A stretch of DNA of 64,000 bases from Lingula anatina. Lineage: Eukaryota; Animalia; Brachiopoda. Positions 13,401-28,600 of the stretch are shown piece by piece. The notes below the pieces were generated by a model. It was not told the DNA's origin, did no database searches, and saw nothing but the letters and a program-made list of their open reading frames with translations. The stretch spans positions 22,258,001 to 22,322,000 of the forward strand of contig CM120641.1 in NCBI GenBank assembly GCA_051362555.1, given 5' to 3'. The translations under genes were made by a program, and so were the position numbers. Position 1 is the first letter of the stretch. Each line of letters starts with the position of its first letter.

Positions 13401-16368
13401 ACCATTATATTTATGAATGTTGAATTTGGTTGCATTTCCCAGTTCAACAAATACATTTAGAAGATATTGTGAAATCTTGCGTATATATGTTGCACGGCAC
13501 GTGGTTTCCTTAATTACGTGGAGGTGAGCATCTTAGGACTATGTCCGATGATTGATTGTTTCTTCGTGAATAATTCAGAAGTAAAGTGAAGTGGTTGGAG
13601 AGTTTCTTTCAAACAAATACGGTTATATCCTAGAACTAGTAGCTAGGACAGGATGAAAATGCGTGGAAACTTGTCGTTTTGCATGTAATCTCCACTACGG
13701 TTTATTGTGGTGATTGTCGCTAAAATGTGGTATTATGGGGTGGGAGAAACAACTACATGTAAAGCGTATATTTCCTGATGGATAAACTACCTATGTTGAG
13801 TTTGGAAGGAACCACATAAGGGCGACCATTGACAAACGGCGTATTTGGAGAGTACCAACAAAACAGATATGCTGCTAAGATTACAGACTGTGTTGACCTG
13901 CCTATTGCATGGTGTTCTCGGAGGTAAATTATAAAATTAACATAAAACTGGTTCAGTGATTTTATTACTTGTTAGTCAATGACTTCAGTTTTCTAGATCC
14001 TAGATTCAAACAGGATATAGATAAAAATAATTGCAACTTTTAAATTACATGCACAAAGTCTGTTTAGAATTTTTCATGCAGCATTACTTTAAAGGCTTGA
14101 TATTAATTACGAAATATGATTTTGATTCAGTTGAAGAAATCCTAACCACCAACGGCATACCTTGCGTTTTCCCGTATATCTATCTGGGTATTAGCTACAG
14201 CACTTGTATCTCTTTGGACTACCACGTGCCCTGGTGTGCAACCACCGCTGATTATGATTCAGATAAGAAATGGGGAATTTGCGTACTAGGTAAAAACCCA
14301 GTTTTTATACTATAATTGGACAGTTGTAATGTCCTTTTTATGCCTGCTTTTTTACTGCAATTCACCATATCTATTCGCTATTGCGTGACCTCATTTCTAG
14401 GCCTATGATTGGGCAGTAACAAAGACTTATTCAAATAAATTTTTTGTATGAAAGTTGTCAACTGTTACATGTATATATCCTAATTAGAATTTATTTTGAC
14501 TCTTGACTGATATAAAGTTTTTAATTTTTAAACAAATATTCCAGTTGTAAAAAAATCACCAATCACATGTACGATGAATAAAATGAAAATGAGTCACCAA
14601 AATCGAAAGTTGTCGTTCCTTCATACCTTGGTGGACAATCGGTATAATTAAACACATAGACTGTTTGATTGAGATTGATATACGCTATGCTTACATTTTA
14701 AGGGTACATGAGTACATGTAAGTTATAAATATACTACTCAGAAGAAGTAAGGGAACGCCAGCCATTTATGATGCAAAAGTTTGAACCATGCCTACTGTTA
14801 TTAAATTTTGGGAATTCTAAGACAAGGTAATCATCCTGTATAAGATGACATTTTTAATTTAATGTTGCAATAAAAAAATTTGCACTCGTTAAAAGTAATA
14901 ATCATGATTTTTGAGGGGGGATGAATAAAAAGCATTCTTGCAATTATCCATGTGAATTGTCATCGTGAGAATCACACTACAGAAGCGTTCACTGACACGA
15001 ACTCTAGCCGTGCTCCAACGCCGTGGTTTGTCATAGAGGAAAAGGGGAGAAACATAACATGCAGATACATAAAATGCAGATTTTGGTAAACAAGACACTG
15101 CCAGAAGATTAGATGCATGTCTTGCAGCAATAAACAGGCTGAACCATTGGAAAACAGGGGGTTAGCTAACAGACTAAGGACATTTCGACCTTGTACCACA
15201 ACCCCAGCTCATTTTCCATATTTATCTGTCATGCGGAACCTTACTGTCACTGCCAGAATACTACAAAGATCCTCCAGTGACCAAACTATCAAAAGCCGTT
15301 TAAGGGAGTGCAACCTTTGTTTAAGACCCCAGGCAGTGTGACCAGTCCTACTGGCAAAGGAAACTAGTATGGCACGGACGAGTTGCATTTAATACTGGTT
15401 TCAGATTTTACAACCCAGAACAGCAGAACGGGCGAGTTCAGATAGACGCAACCTTAAGCGAGCGCAACAGGTTTGTTGGTGGCAGTAAAATGCTTTGGGA
15501 TTGGTTTTCATTTTCATTTACAGACATACCCATTTACATTATTTATGGCAATCTTACTGGAATCTACTACAGGAATGAAACACCTGATATAGCTGGAAAT
15601 GCCATTACTCCGTAAGATATGTCATGCAACCATTCTACAATTTGACAACGCTCGATTTTACCGCGGAAGAATTCAAAAGGTTTTTTATGCAGCATATTAT
15701 TAATATTTGGATTTTTTTTCGAGATAAATATGGGATATGCAACACGTGTTTTTATAGGGTTGACACATACTATAAAACATCACGTTCTGTTTTCGAAATG
15801 CTGGAAAATGAAATGCTGGAAACTGGGAAGCTCAAAATATCCTGGTGCTTAAAACGTCTCAACACGACTATTGCGCATGCAAGCCATCGGGCACGGGTTC
15901 GCATCATATGGGTTTTTAAAACTATGGTTTTGGCGAGACGATGGAAAGTAATTTCACCATATCAAGCCTTGTGCAATTTACAGAAATTTCACGAGCACTG
16001 TAACTGTCATAAGGATCACTATAAATTGAAGGCGCATACTATCATTAGTATAGATGAAGCGGATAGATTGTAAGGATGGTGTGGATTAATTTGAAATGTT
16101 GAACTTTGGTTACTTTTTTCCATTTTTTTCTAGTAGATTATCTCACCAACATAAATGGATAAGTAATTGATTGCAAAGTGAACAGAATAAAGTATTAACT
16201 TAAAAGGAGTGGAGAAATTATGATAACAATTATGGGTTTTTTTTTTTAACTACCGGATGACCCTACTAGATGAGTGCAGGATGTCGAGGATCCGTTATAC
16301 CCACGGTTATTTATTAAATGGTCATTGATAAAATGCAGTGTAATAAATTGACATTACAAGCATCAATT

Positions 16369-16419
<51 letters not shown>

Positions 16420-19400
16420 ATTTCTATTATACGCAATTAGCATTATCATGTTCAGGTTCTCAGATATACCAAAACTTACCCGGTATGGTGACGATTTGAT
16501 GATAATTAACCTTCTAAAATTGCCAAAGGCGAAGTTATTTTCTAAAAGAAATGGACAGAAAATAAGGAGATCAAACATGAAGCAGTTTCCTTATTATGCC
16601 AAATATTGTTTTATCCAACTTTGTAAGGCATTATTTAAGATGCCCGGTACATGATGGGCTGTGACCTGGTATTATTTCGGAGATGTCTAACTCTGTTCAA
16701 ACCTTACTTCTTGAGTAATTAAACTTTGGAGAATACAAATGTTTGGTGCAATCACTAGGACATGTTTATTGTTATTAATCCATATTTTGTTCCCTTTAAT
16801 CCTTCTCTTTTGCGTGTCGATAATTCAAACCCTTTTAAATGTGCCCAACTAAAAGTTCAAACTTCCTGTGCCATTCAATTTGAATTGATTATTAAATGTA
16901 CATTGACTAGCGTATGTTGTGATGTTTTCGTACACTTAATATAAAATCATTTAGAAGGTCATTGTAATTGTGGATCTTTATGTATAACTTTCACTTTATC
17001 CACAGTATGACCAGCTTGATAGCATCCGACGATTGATTGCCCCTTTTAGTTACCATGTTAATTGTATAACATATTTTAGGGGAAACAAATGTTATAAGAT
17101 CAGTGACTAGACAGGGACATTATAGATTGGAAGAGCATAAATGGCGTTTGGGCACATTCCAGGAGATTTGGTCCCACATGAGACTCATAACATATGAACG
17201 TGAAAAGGACGGTCTTGGCTTGATAGATGCTGACACGTTCAGACCGTTTTAAGCAGGGGGAAGAAACTCGATTGTGGCCCCTGCCTTGTAATCCTTCCGC
17301 GACCCCACCCGCCGCCAACGTGTTGGTCGTCTTGTTGAAAACGTACAGAGCAGAATACATATTTGGGGTGAAACCATGTATCTGTTTCCTCAAGTTGAAA
17401 CCAAAACGTCTTAGACGCTCTTTCCCAAGGACTTGAACTCTCCCTCACATAGTACGCAGCTTTGGAGGATCTGTCTGAGTGGTGTTAAGGCCTTTCCGGA
17501 AAGCAGATATGCAGCTAATAATACAGATTGTGCCGTGTTTTGTATACCTCTTGTATGGTATTCTCGGAGGTAGGAACTAAGATGAGATTACGATAACTAT
17601 ATATGAATACCAGCTGTTAAAGTTAAAAGTTTAAGTTACATATTGTTTAAAATCGTGTTGATTATGTTTTACAACTCTTACATTGTAAATCTTCTTGTCC
17701 GCTCCAGTTGCACATCCTTTTTGCCAAAATTTCTTATATTGATGTCAACCATGTAAAAGTTGCAAATAGTTGAATAAATTGAAATATGTTCACGGTCAGA
17801 AGTAGAAATTTAAATTTAATCGGTAATTTTGAATTAATTTATAACCTATTGCACTTCCAATGTTACGACCCTAGAACAAACGTATACAGAGAGCTTTAAG
17901 AAAATTTGATAAGAAATGAAATTGTCTTCAAATTATTCATGCGTGCGGCTCCTTTCGATTAAGTTGAAGCGGTGCAAACAACCAACGGCGGAACGTGCGT
18001 TTTCCCATTCATCTACCAGAGCAATAGCTACAGCACCTGTATCACCCTTGACTTCGGCTATCCTTGGTGTGCCACTACATCCAGTTATGATCGAGATTAT
18101 CAATGGGGAACATGTATATTAGGTAATAACAGTAGGTGATAACTTTAGGTGTACCTATTCCGCCATTAGCACTAAAGTAAAGATGTATGGGACAATACAA
18201 GTATGACCTTAGTTGAAATGGACAGGGTGTCTGAGTATAAGTGTGGCACGTATTCACAATTATAAATATAAACCAAACAAGAAAAGCAATAAAACTTTGG
18301 ATTTCCTAAATGCTGAAAAGATGGCAATTGAGATGAGTCTTCATTTTGTACCTCTCGTTAAAAAATCAATCTTTACAAGACACGCTAATGGCATATTGGA
18401 CTCCAAATGACAAAAGCTCGGACTGCGTCCACATTCTCACCTTCGCAGTCAACTTTCGACAACTTGATGATGGTTGCCCTTTCTTCTTCAGTGTTCGAGT
18501 GTCCTTAGTTTTTTTTACCCAGCGGGTAAATTTTTGTTCCAGATAGAGCATTACACAAAATGTTTTTCCTTTGGTTAGCCATACCATTTCCATGGATAAT
18601 TTTGAAATGCTGTTCTAATTCTCTATCAACCCTGAAAAAAATTTAATTAAAATTAAAATAATTAAAATTGGCGGAGATATAAACCTCGAAATGGACCATA
18701 TTGTAACACTCTGTTATTTAAGTAGCCTTGGCGCTAATTATTTGAATCAGAATTTTGAAAAAAGGGGTTTGTTTTAATGAATAGAATTGAATGCTGGGGA
18801 TTTTGTCGGTATGTAGATAGGAGAGAATCATGTGAATCAACATATTCATTCTTAATATGCATGTATATACATATAGATAATTTAGAATATTTCAGTTGTT
18901 AATGTGTTTACAATGTTTTCAGCAGTCTTTTGAAATCCATTCATTATGTTGCAATGATACTAATTTATTTATTTTATTTTGCGTTCTGGATCAAATACAC
19001 TATGGGATAACGATGCGGATAGGCGTTGAATATGGCGAATAGTGTAAAGTAATGATTTGGATAAGGCCATATTCACTGTGTAATGATGCCAAGAATAAGC
19101 TTCTTCCAGTTGGGTGATGTAAGTGATCAAAGAGATTTCTTAATTTCATATTTTCCGGATAATGCAATTAAATTTTAACCTTTACGACGGGGGCATGTCT
19201 TCATCAACAACATACTCTATACATCAGTCAAAATCATTTCAGTTTCCATTTCTACTTCACCTAAATCGATACTGCTCAAGAATTGCAGACGTTTTGACCA
19301 CTGAGTGACCGTTCCATTGCAGACAGGAAGTATAGATATGATGGCTATAATGTATAATGTAGAGTTTCATGTTACGCGCAAAACCCTTCAAATTTGCAGT

Positions 19401-22400
19401 TTAATGACGTTTTAATATGCGAAGTGAATATGCTTTCCTCTTCAAAGCCAGGGCTGCCTTAAATCAATTTCTCCTTCCAGAAGCAAATGTAGCTGCTCAT
19501 ATTTTAGCAAATTAAATGTTTTGAGTTTACACCTTAGATGGCTTTAAGGAAGATTTAGTGTTGTTATAAATAACGGAATAAGAATTTCATTGCTTTATTA
19601 ACCAATGAAAAGTTTGTCTACTTTTTATATCTCTGCATGTGCAATTTAACTATCACTTTGTCTGTCTACCTATTGTCGGGGTGAATTGAGTTCCAATATT
19701 AAATCTTGCATTATATCACAAAATCCTGCAGATATTGATCGTTAATAACACATTTGACCCCGCCACTTTAATGAAACATCAATTGTTTGGGTATGCTGTG
19801 TTGGTTTATCAATTTCATATCAACTTCACTTTTTTTTTCAAATTCCCCAATGATGCGAGTGTGCGCTACACGTTGAAAAAAGAATTATCGATTTTAAAAT
19901 GACGGGTGTATGTTATTTTGTTTAGCAATGCTACAATATACTTTAGGCAAGGGTCAAAAATGGCAAACATATAATGGGTTTTATTGATTGATTGATTCCT
20001 AGCTTACGCTGAGAACTCTTGGAATGTAAGCAATGTTATCAAATTATGATACACATGTAACATTGAAGGTGATCTTTCGGGTTTCAGTGTGTTAAGTTTT
20101 GGTTACTTGAAAACAAAATCATAATAAGAAAAAACCGGTTAGGGAATATATAGGTCTTTAAATGTTACTTAGAACAAAACGTCTTATCAGTAAGTAAATG
20201 TAGCAACAGTTTAATTTCATTGCATTCCTCCCATTAACTCATGGTATGCCTAAGATGTAACCATCTTTAAATTGATAGAGCCGTCTATATACGTTGACAC
20301 ATTCGATTCATAGTTGTAATCAGGTGCGCTTACTATTGTCTTTGCTCGGTAATTGCTCTTCTGTTTTGCATATTAAATGTAACAAATGCGATAGAATGAC
20401 GAGCACTCAAATTCAACGGTTAATACTGTCGTTGCTATTGATGCCAATCTATCTAGGATTCTCTTTCACTTTTCGTTACTTTATTTGCAGTAGCCCAACT
20501 AGAATTGATAAATTGATTACCTTGTTGCACGCTGTGATAGCGCACTTTGTGTGTGAGAAGATGACAAGCCAAACAATAGATATTGTTATTGATAGGAATG
20601 TAAGCGAGGCGCAACGGCCAGCGCAGTAGCTGACAGTACGAGCTTCAATACTAGCGTATTTGCTAGACCCGGACTGGAAATGTATATCTTGATTTTTCAC
20701 AGGGTTTTTGCTTCCTTTATTTTCATGTTTCTTGTCGCAGTACCCACTACAACCACAACCACAACCACGACATCTACGACTCCATTTCCAGGTGAGTTTT
20801 TATAAGATTTTGCTTTTTCTCTTAATTCTCATTTTCAAAAACATCAGATCGCAAAGGGGAAGATGTTTTTAAATCTATGAGACCGCATTTTAACTAACGT
20901 ATCGTTTTTATTTTATTTTATTTTATTTTATGTTGCAAAAGATTGTTTACTATACTGTGCTAACATTCATATAAATCCATTGTTACCAAAAAAGCAGTGA
21001 TGATACATATCATGTTTAGCTTGTCACAAATAAACAAAACTCTCACGGACGCTATATTTTAAACATTAAACAACCTATAGTCCAATGAAATACCATTATT
21101 CTGACTAAGTGTACTTGTGGTAACGTTATTTAGTTTTTTTAATCAGTATTTCAGTAATCAAGGCCACATTTCAGGTTTCTTTTTTACACATTCATCTTGA
21201 CAAGAAAATGGCAAGGACTAACGTCAAATAATGTTACATAATAAAATATTTTTTGAGGTACATGTACAAAGCCAAATAATAAACCGACATATCAGATGAC
21301 AGATGATGACAATTACATCTCTAGATACATAGGGAAAATCAAGATTGCAACCTGCTCCGCAAGAATTATAACATATGCATATAGTGTAAAGCTAGTCGGT
21401 ATTATTGCAAAGATAATATCAGGTTCTTAAAACCAATACCTGTAACCTAACCTGCAGGGAGGACACTGTGTACAATTTATTCGCCAGTTATATGAAGATT
21501 GGAAAATTAAATCGATTGTCCACTTGGATTAGTTAACGTTAGACGTATTTATTACGTAATGTACATGGTGTGTGGAAAAGCGAAAATTGAACGGACTGTC
21601 CATGTACTTGTCGCTTCCTCTAACCATTGACGTCATCCATTTACCGCGAGCCACACAGGAAACAATCCGCGGTATAGTCCTCGTGACAGAAGAAAATATT
21701 GGCCACTTAATTCACATCTTAATTTTGATGTTAATCAATTTATCTAAAATAAGGGATTAGATATTGTAGTTATCGTTTTTGGCCTTTGCAGGCCAACCCA
21801 ACAACCAGACTCGGCACATAAGGATCCTGAATTAACCGGTATATCGGACCACATTACCCGTTTTCAAGGTGTGTGTCAGATCGCATTTCGGAGTATCAGT
21901 CAGAACACCGACAGGATAAGCCCGCGGTCGTTTGTTCTGGGGTATGATACTCCGAATCCTTATGTGCCGAGTCTGGTAGTTGGGTAGGCCTGCTTTGGTT
22001 ATTATTTTTTTTCTGAATTAGGTGTCTTTTAATGAAGCGTACAGTTACCATAATGATATTTTAGTGAATTTGCAAGTTCTCTATTTCTCATAGTAATGGA
22101 ACACACTACATTTTGGGCACAATTTTTTTACCGATTAATGTGGGAACAAATTAAAGTGGGAACGATTACAAACACCTTTGGTCAAACACCTTCTGAGAAC
22201 GTTTGGTCTATGGGCTTTAATGGACTCTTCATTTTTTGTTGTTTTTTTTTATTTAAGCACAATAGCTTTGGTCGCGAAATATATGTAAAATCACTTTATT
22301 ATCATGGATGGAACCATGTCCAGAACCATGCTCCTTAAATAATATTTTAACTCAATATACGCTTAAATTCCTTGTTAACATTTATTTTAAATCCAATTAT

Positions 22401-22608
22401 AATTAATCATGGCTGCTTCTACATGTTACAACCCCACGTGTGAAAAGTGTTAATGTCAACTTTCCCCTAGATACCGCAAAGAAGTTTCGGTAAACAATAA
22501 CGCCTAACAATCCTTACATGCCATATTGTAAAAAGAAAAAATAAAATAAAAGCCACAATTAATAACATTCATAAATTATTCATAAAGTATTTTATTTTAT
22601 TATTATTA

Positions 22609-22644
<36 letters not shown>

Positions 22645-25600
22645 TTGTAACTTTACCGATGATCGATTCCTTTTACCAAATATTTCAGGATGTGATGAGT
22701 ACATAGACGCCGCAAGCGGCACTCTCAGCACCCCGGGTACCACGTACCCCGCATCTATCACGTGCACGTATGTTATCAACTCAACCCTACCTGACGGGCT
22801 CATCGAGCTGAAGTTTAACGGTGCACTGGATATGGAGCATGGTGGTGCTTGTCGAGATTATCTCCAGGTACGCCGAGAAACTATTTGTTTTCTTGTGTTT
22901 CTTTTAGTAAGTTTTTTTTCAAAATTGTGCATTTTTATGATTTTTTTGCTAGATATATGTGCGGATGTCACGGTCATATTGCACTGAACCGAAAAGAGAG
23001 CAATTTTCAAACTAAAACATGATGACCTTTATTTACTTTTCTGTCATTTGCCTATCTCATAACTGTGCGCTCCTTCAACTCGGTAGAAAAATACGTTTTA
23101 ATTAGTATTGGCACCCCCTTGCAGATTTGAACTTATTTACAGGAGTAGTTGTAGCAACAACAACTATAAATCACCACTTTTTCTAAAAAAGGCATTGTTT
23201 TTTAGATATACGTGATCCCGGAAAGTGGTTATTCAGATGGAGTTGAAATCTTCAAGGGCGAATATTGTACTGGAATACCGGGACCTTTTTACGCTCGAGC
23301 CTTTCGCTTGGAATTCCTCAGCGACACGGTTGACGATGGTAATATGGGGTTTACAGCCACATACAGTAATGGTTAGTACCTTATATCCATTTAAAATTTT
23401 ATTTATTGCTGCCTGCTACCAATGGGGACAAATTACGCCTTTGCTGAATTCAACGTGTCCTTTTCATTGATAATTCTAGTTATCCTGGTATTATAAATAT
23501 CATATATCAGCGGTTGTTTCTTTAGACGTATATTGACAGATACAAATAAATAATCTATTATATTTGTAAAAAAACAGAACTCACAGAGAAATCTTGAATC
23601 ATTTCTGTACGTAAGAACCGGGTAGAGGTTAGAAACCACGTCTGTGGTGCACCAGATACTAATGGTGGTAGGGGCCTACATGTAGTTTCAAAAACTTTCA
23701 AAATTTGCAGAATGGTATATTTAAAGGCCCCTATTGATATCCTGAAGATGTATGATTAAAAAAAAGTTCCACTTGCAATGTTTCCATGCTTTTACTTAAA
23801 TCTTTGCTAGCTTTTTGTTTTTAAATTAAAACAGTATCTGTCGAATACAACGAATGGATGACGTGGAGCCCCTGTGACGTCTCATGTGGACACGGGACTA
23901 GCGTTCGAGAGAGGTCATGCAACGTCACAAGCGTAACGCCGCCAGTGGTACACCAAGCCTGTGACACTGAGACAGGACCGTGTACGGCCTTCATGGATAT
24001 ATGTCCCATAACAGGGAGCAATGGTAAAGCGTTGTTGAAAACCTTAAAATGGAATTTCTAGTCGTTCAGATACAGTTTTAATACATGTGTGTGAAATGTA
24101 TGTCGTCAACCGCACAAGGGTTAAATTGTACAAAAATTAAATTTTGTGGCGATATTTGGATTTGTAACAAAGTAATTCAGTTCGTCAACACTCAAAAGAT
24201 AATTATTTTCATGTATTTGGCATCTCTCATTAGGAAGAACTGCAAGCATGCATGTTTTGCATGTGGTATTAAGAAATACTGATTCGCTGACTGTTTTATT
24301 TATTTAATTTATATCGATAGGAATTTGAACAAGATAATTTTTATTTGAATTCCGTGCGCTGTCAACATTGTTGCATGTTTGAAAATCACTGGAGCAGGCA
24401 ACCATTTTTGTATGTTATTTCATTAACTTATTAACCGGAAATTATCCCCCAGACGTTGTGTTAAATATTATTCTTTTCTGCAGGTTGCGACGCAGTCTAT
24501 ACATCCAAGAATGGCTATGTAACTTCTCCTAACTTCCCTGCTGACTACAACAATAATATGGATTGTAATTACACCATAATTCCTCCGTCCAACGGCAGCG
24601 TCTTAAAACTGAATTTTACTGCATTTGTGGTCCAGTACGAAGCAACTTGTTATTACGATTATCTCACGGTAAGTTAAATTTAAAAAGAGGGAAGTAAAGT
24701 CGTTAGCTCTCTGAATGTTTCACTTTCCATACATGTACCCGTATTTCTATTTGAATGTTCAAACATTTAATCCTGATTTCAAACTGTGAGATTAGCCTAC
24801 ATGTACGTACATGTGAAATTGAATGCAGTTGTCTGATATTTATGGTATGCTCTTTTGATCCATTGCATGTTTTTTTCTATTTGTATTCTATATTTATTGA
24901 CTATCCACATACATGAACATGCGGTAGCAAAACAGTAAAGGCTCTGGCGCTGGAAATAACCACTTCGTATGTACAAGGGTGTAGTTGGACGGTGTTTTGA
25001 ATGTACCGTAATTTAAAATAACATTAACGCAACTTTGAACGAACATATTGTATTCATTCATTTGTTTTAGGTACAAGATTTGGGAGATTCTACCAGCCCG
25101 CCAGAGAAATTTTGTGGCAGTTCGAATCCTCATGATTTTTACGGGACGGCGTTTGAGCTATTATTCCATTCCAGCTATGCTACCACGTACTCAGGGTTTA
25201 ACATCACATACTATAGCTGTAGGTTGCTTGTCCATTTAAATTATTGTTTGTTTGGCTACTGTTATTTCCTAAGATCATGCAAAATGTTTTAATAAATTAG
25301 CAGGCCTAGAGTGTTTTGAAAATAGGAATGTTTTATCTGGTAGTAAACGTTACACAGGAAATATTCATTTTTCTATTAGGTTTTCATCATTCAAGGTTAT
25401 GAAATTTTCATAGCTACATGTATATAAGAGGGGCAGTAAGAGGGATTTTAGTCGGGTGAAACGAAAAACATAAGGTTTAAAGCACACTTTTTTAACGTCG
25501 TGTATGTCTCTATGGACCTGCAAAGCCCCAAATGCTATACTTTCCATTTTAATGTATTACTGATAAATTATTTTCTTTTAGTGACAAATATCACGTACAG

Positions 25601-28600
25601 TAATTGGGGACCCTGGAGTTCGTGCAGTGTCACGTGTGGGACAGGCACGCGCTCTCGTCTGCGTACATGTTACGTCACCGATTCCGACAGCACGGTGGTG
25701 TACCAATATTGTGAGGACATGGAGGAGACAGAAGCCTGTGATGGATTCATGGCGACGTGCCCCGTCTTGGGTGATAGTGGTACAGCTTTGTCATACTATA
25801 ACATTATCCACATTTTATTGGCTTGATGTTAACTCGTTTCAGATATGGCTATTTAATTTACAAAGCAAACAGACAATGGGCTAAACTTACACCTTGTTCC
25901 ATTATGCAAATATGCCTTATATCAATATTGCTTTCAATGATTGTCAATTGAATTCTTTATGGGTTAGATTGGATTCAAAGTTTGGTTTTGGTTTCAATGT
26001 GCGTTTTATTCTTCATTTGGGTGAAGTGATTTAAGTGACATTATAATTATTTAGGTAAATTAATGTTTGGTCCAATGGCTTTGACAAACAAACTTTTATT
26101 TGTCTGTGCTATTGTTTATCATCGATTTCACATTAACGTTTATGGCAATGGTCCCTTTATTGACTCGCTGCCATGACACCAGCTTCTTGTTTTTGGTGTC
26201 ATTGTCCTGAGGAATGGATAGTAGCAATGTCTCATTAATTATATATAGCCTGATAACGTATCATTTACAAAGTGCAAGACCTTGCGTTGTAGAGATTATG
26301 GCTCAAAGTTCACTCTAAACGCAAAATAAACTTACCAATCCGTTGCATCCAAAAATGTTGAACATCAGATATTTATGCATTTTATGTTCATTTTATATTG
26401 CGAAACACAAAACAAAGTTACTACCTCTGAGTAGATCTTATACTCAGTTCCAATGAAAAGGTTGAGAACTGTTCGCATTTTGTTCTTCATAGGTTGTGGT
26501 GGTCTGTACCAGTCGTCTCCTGGTCTCCTGATGTCTCCTAATTACCCAAATAACTACCCTAACGGACAAGACTGTAACTACACAATCGTGCCCCAGCAGG
26601 ATACCCTGTTACAGAGGCTCACCTTCGTGGCTATGTCGATTCAGGTGCACGCGACTTGTTATTATGATTGGGTTCAGGTGAGTTACATTACGTGCCTAGA
26701 TTTTTTCTTTTTATATTTTAAAAAAGGTTCTCTTCAAATTCTACAAAGTTAAATACTGCCTTCTGGACGAATACTTAATGGTTAACTGTATCCTGGTTTC
26801 ACTGTCAAAACCAAATTCAAATAGTTTACATTTCTTCTTTATTTTTCAACTTTCAGCCAATTAAAATAGGCCTAATTCAAAATTAGTTTTAAATTATTTT
26901 TTCATAAAGTACCACAATTGTTCGTCGGACATTTTAATTAATGTTGGTACTGTCACCAGTTCGTTGTTAGGGATATTTACAGCCAAACATACGATGGCAT
27001 ATTACCAGACATTAAGTAAAAACTTAGTGGCAAAACCACTCTTTTTGCATTTAACGTTTTGTTCATATGAAGATTGAACACTTGGATTTAGTGCACATCA
27101 CTTTCAGGTCAAAATAATTGGCGAGCCCCCGTTCAAAGAGAAGTACTGTGGTGCCACATTACCACCCGATATCTATGGCGCTGGCTTTGAGGTTTTGTTT
27201 CATTCTAGCTCCTACACACAGTCCACTGGCTTTCATATCATCTACTATCAAGGTATGTGATACAGTTGTTAACGTCATAATGTTGTGTATTTTTGGTTTA
27301 TTTTAATTGATGTCATAGAGTTACTGTTGTTAGTGATATTGATCACTTTGGAAAGGGGAGTTACGCGAAACAGCAACGCCAGGCTGAATGTTCACAGGTA
27401 GTTGGGTGTTGGTTGGGAGATTGTTGGCCTCACTCGGAAAGTAACACCCAAAGGCCTGTGTACACTCACGATGCTCTTGAGACATGAGCGAAACGTTGCC
27501 TTTTTGCATTATTCTCCATTCCAAAGTAAGTGGTCAACATCACTAAAAACAGTAGCTTATTCTAACATGGTATACAACATGCTCGTGGTCGCACCCCCTT
27601 ATGTTATATCCAAACTAGGAAAGCACTTCGAGAGCGCAGACCTCCGCTAAGGCAGCAATGTCTCCACCCAATGCGGTTCACCCCTAAAATTTTGATTCTA
27701 TAATGATTTAGTTTTTTTTTTAATTTTTGATTATTGATTAATTATTGATCTGGATCACCAACAACAACTAATCATCTGTTCCTTGGCCCACTTCTGTCAG
27801 TTCCTGAAAATTTAATCAAAATCGGTCTATAACTTAGTTTCTTTTATTTTTGATTATTGATCCAGATCACCACCAAAAACCTACACTTCTAAGTTAACCC
27901 ATTTCTGACCTACCCTGAAAATTCCATCAAAATTCATCCATTACTTTTTGATTTATGTTGATGACAAACAGACAGACAGACAAACAAACAAACTTGGGTG
28001 AAAACATAACCTCCTTGGTAAATATTAAATAGGTAAATATTATGCATTTGACTTCTTTCTTGAAACAGATATTGTCATTTTAGTGCCCATTAGAATCCAT
28101 TTGATAAGATTAAGTTTGAATAAAGAATCTCTGTGGGATATGGGCGTCCTCATCCATACGGTACTCACTCATCCTTTGGTGCCTTTTTGGTCGTTTTCCT
28201 TCATCAAATGTAACTCCTCCATCATGCAAAAACAAAGCTACAGACGTGTATTTTACCATTGGTAGTTGGTATCGGCCTCGAGAAGTTGTCTTGAAATAAG
28301 TTGCAAGTCAATTAATAAAGATTGTTCCTTCATCGTTTCAGTGGAAAATATCACTTACAATGAGTGGAGCTCGTGGAGCCAGTGCAGTGTCACATGCGGA
28401 CCAGGCACGCGACAGCGGACGCGAACTTGTAATGTGACAGACACCGCGTCCACTGCGGAGTTCGTGTCATGTGGAGCAAATAGCACGGACACCGATATAT
28501 GTCAGGGATTTATGGAAACTTGTCCCGTGCCTTTTCCGAATGGTAAATCTGCTCAAATACATGTAGCTTTTGTTTTTTAACCAGTACCTTAACAGTATTA

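Noticed and set aside
15624-16073. 149-aa ORF
   Set aside because: No recognisable motif; overlaps a decayed transposon remnant in an intron.
20321-20348. Hydrophobic stretch VRLLLSLL ending at a G|gtaat donor before the linker exon
   Set aside because: No in-frame ATG before an upstream stop, so it is not supported as a fourth cassette.
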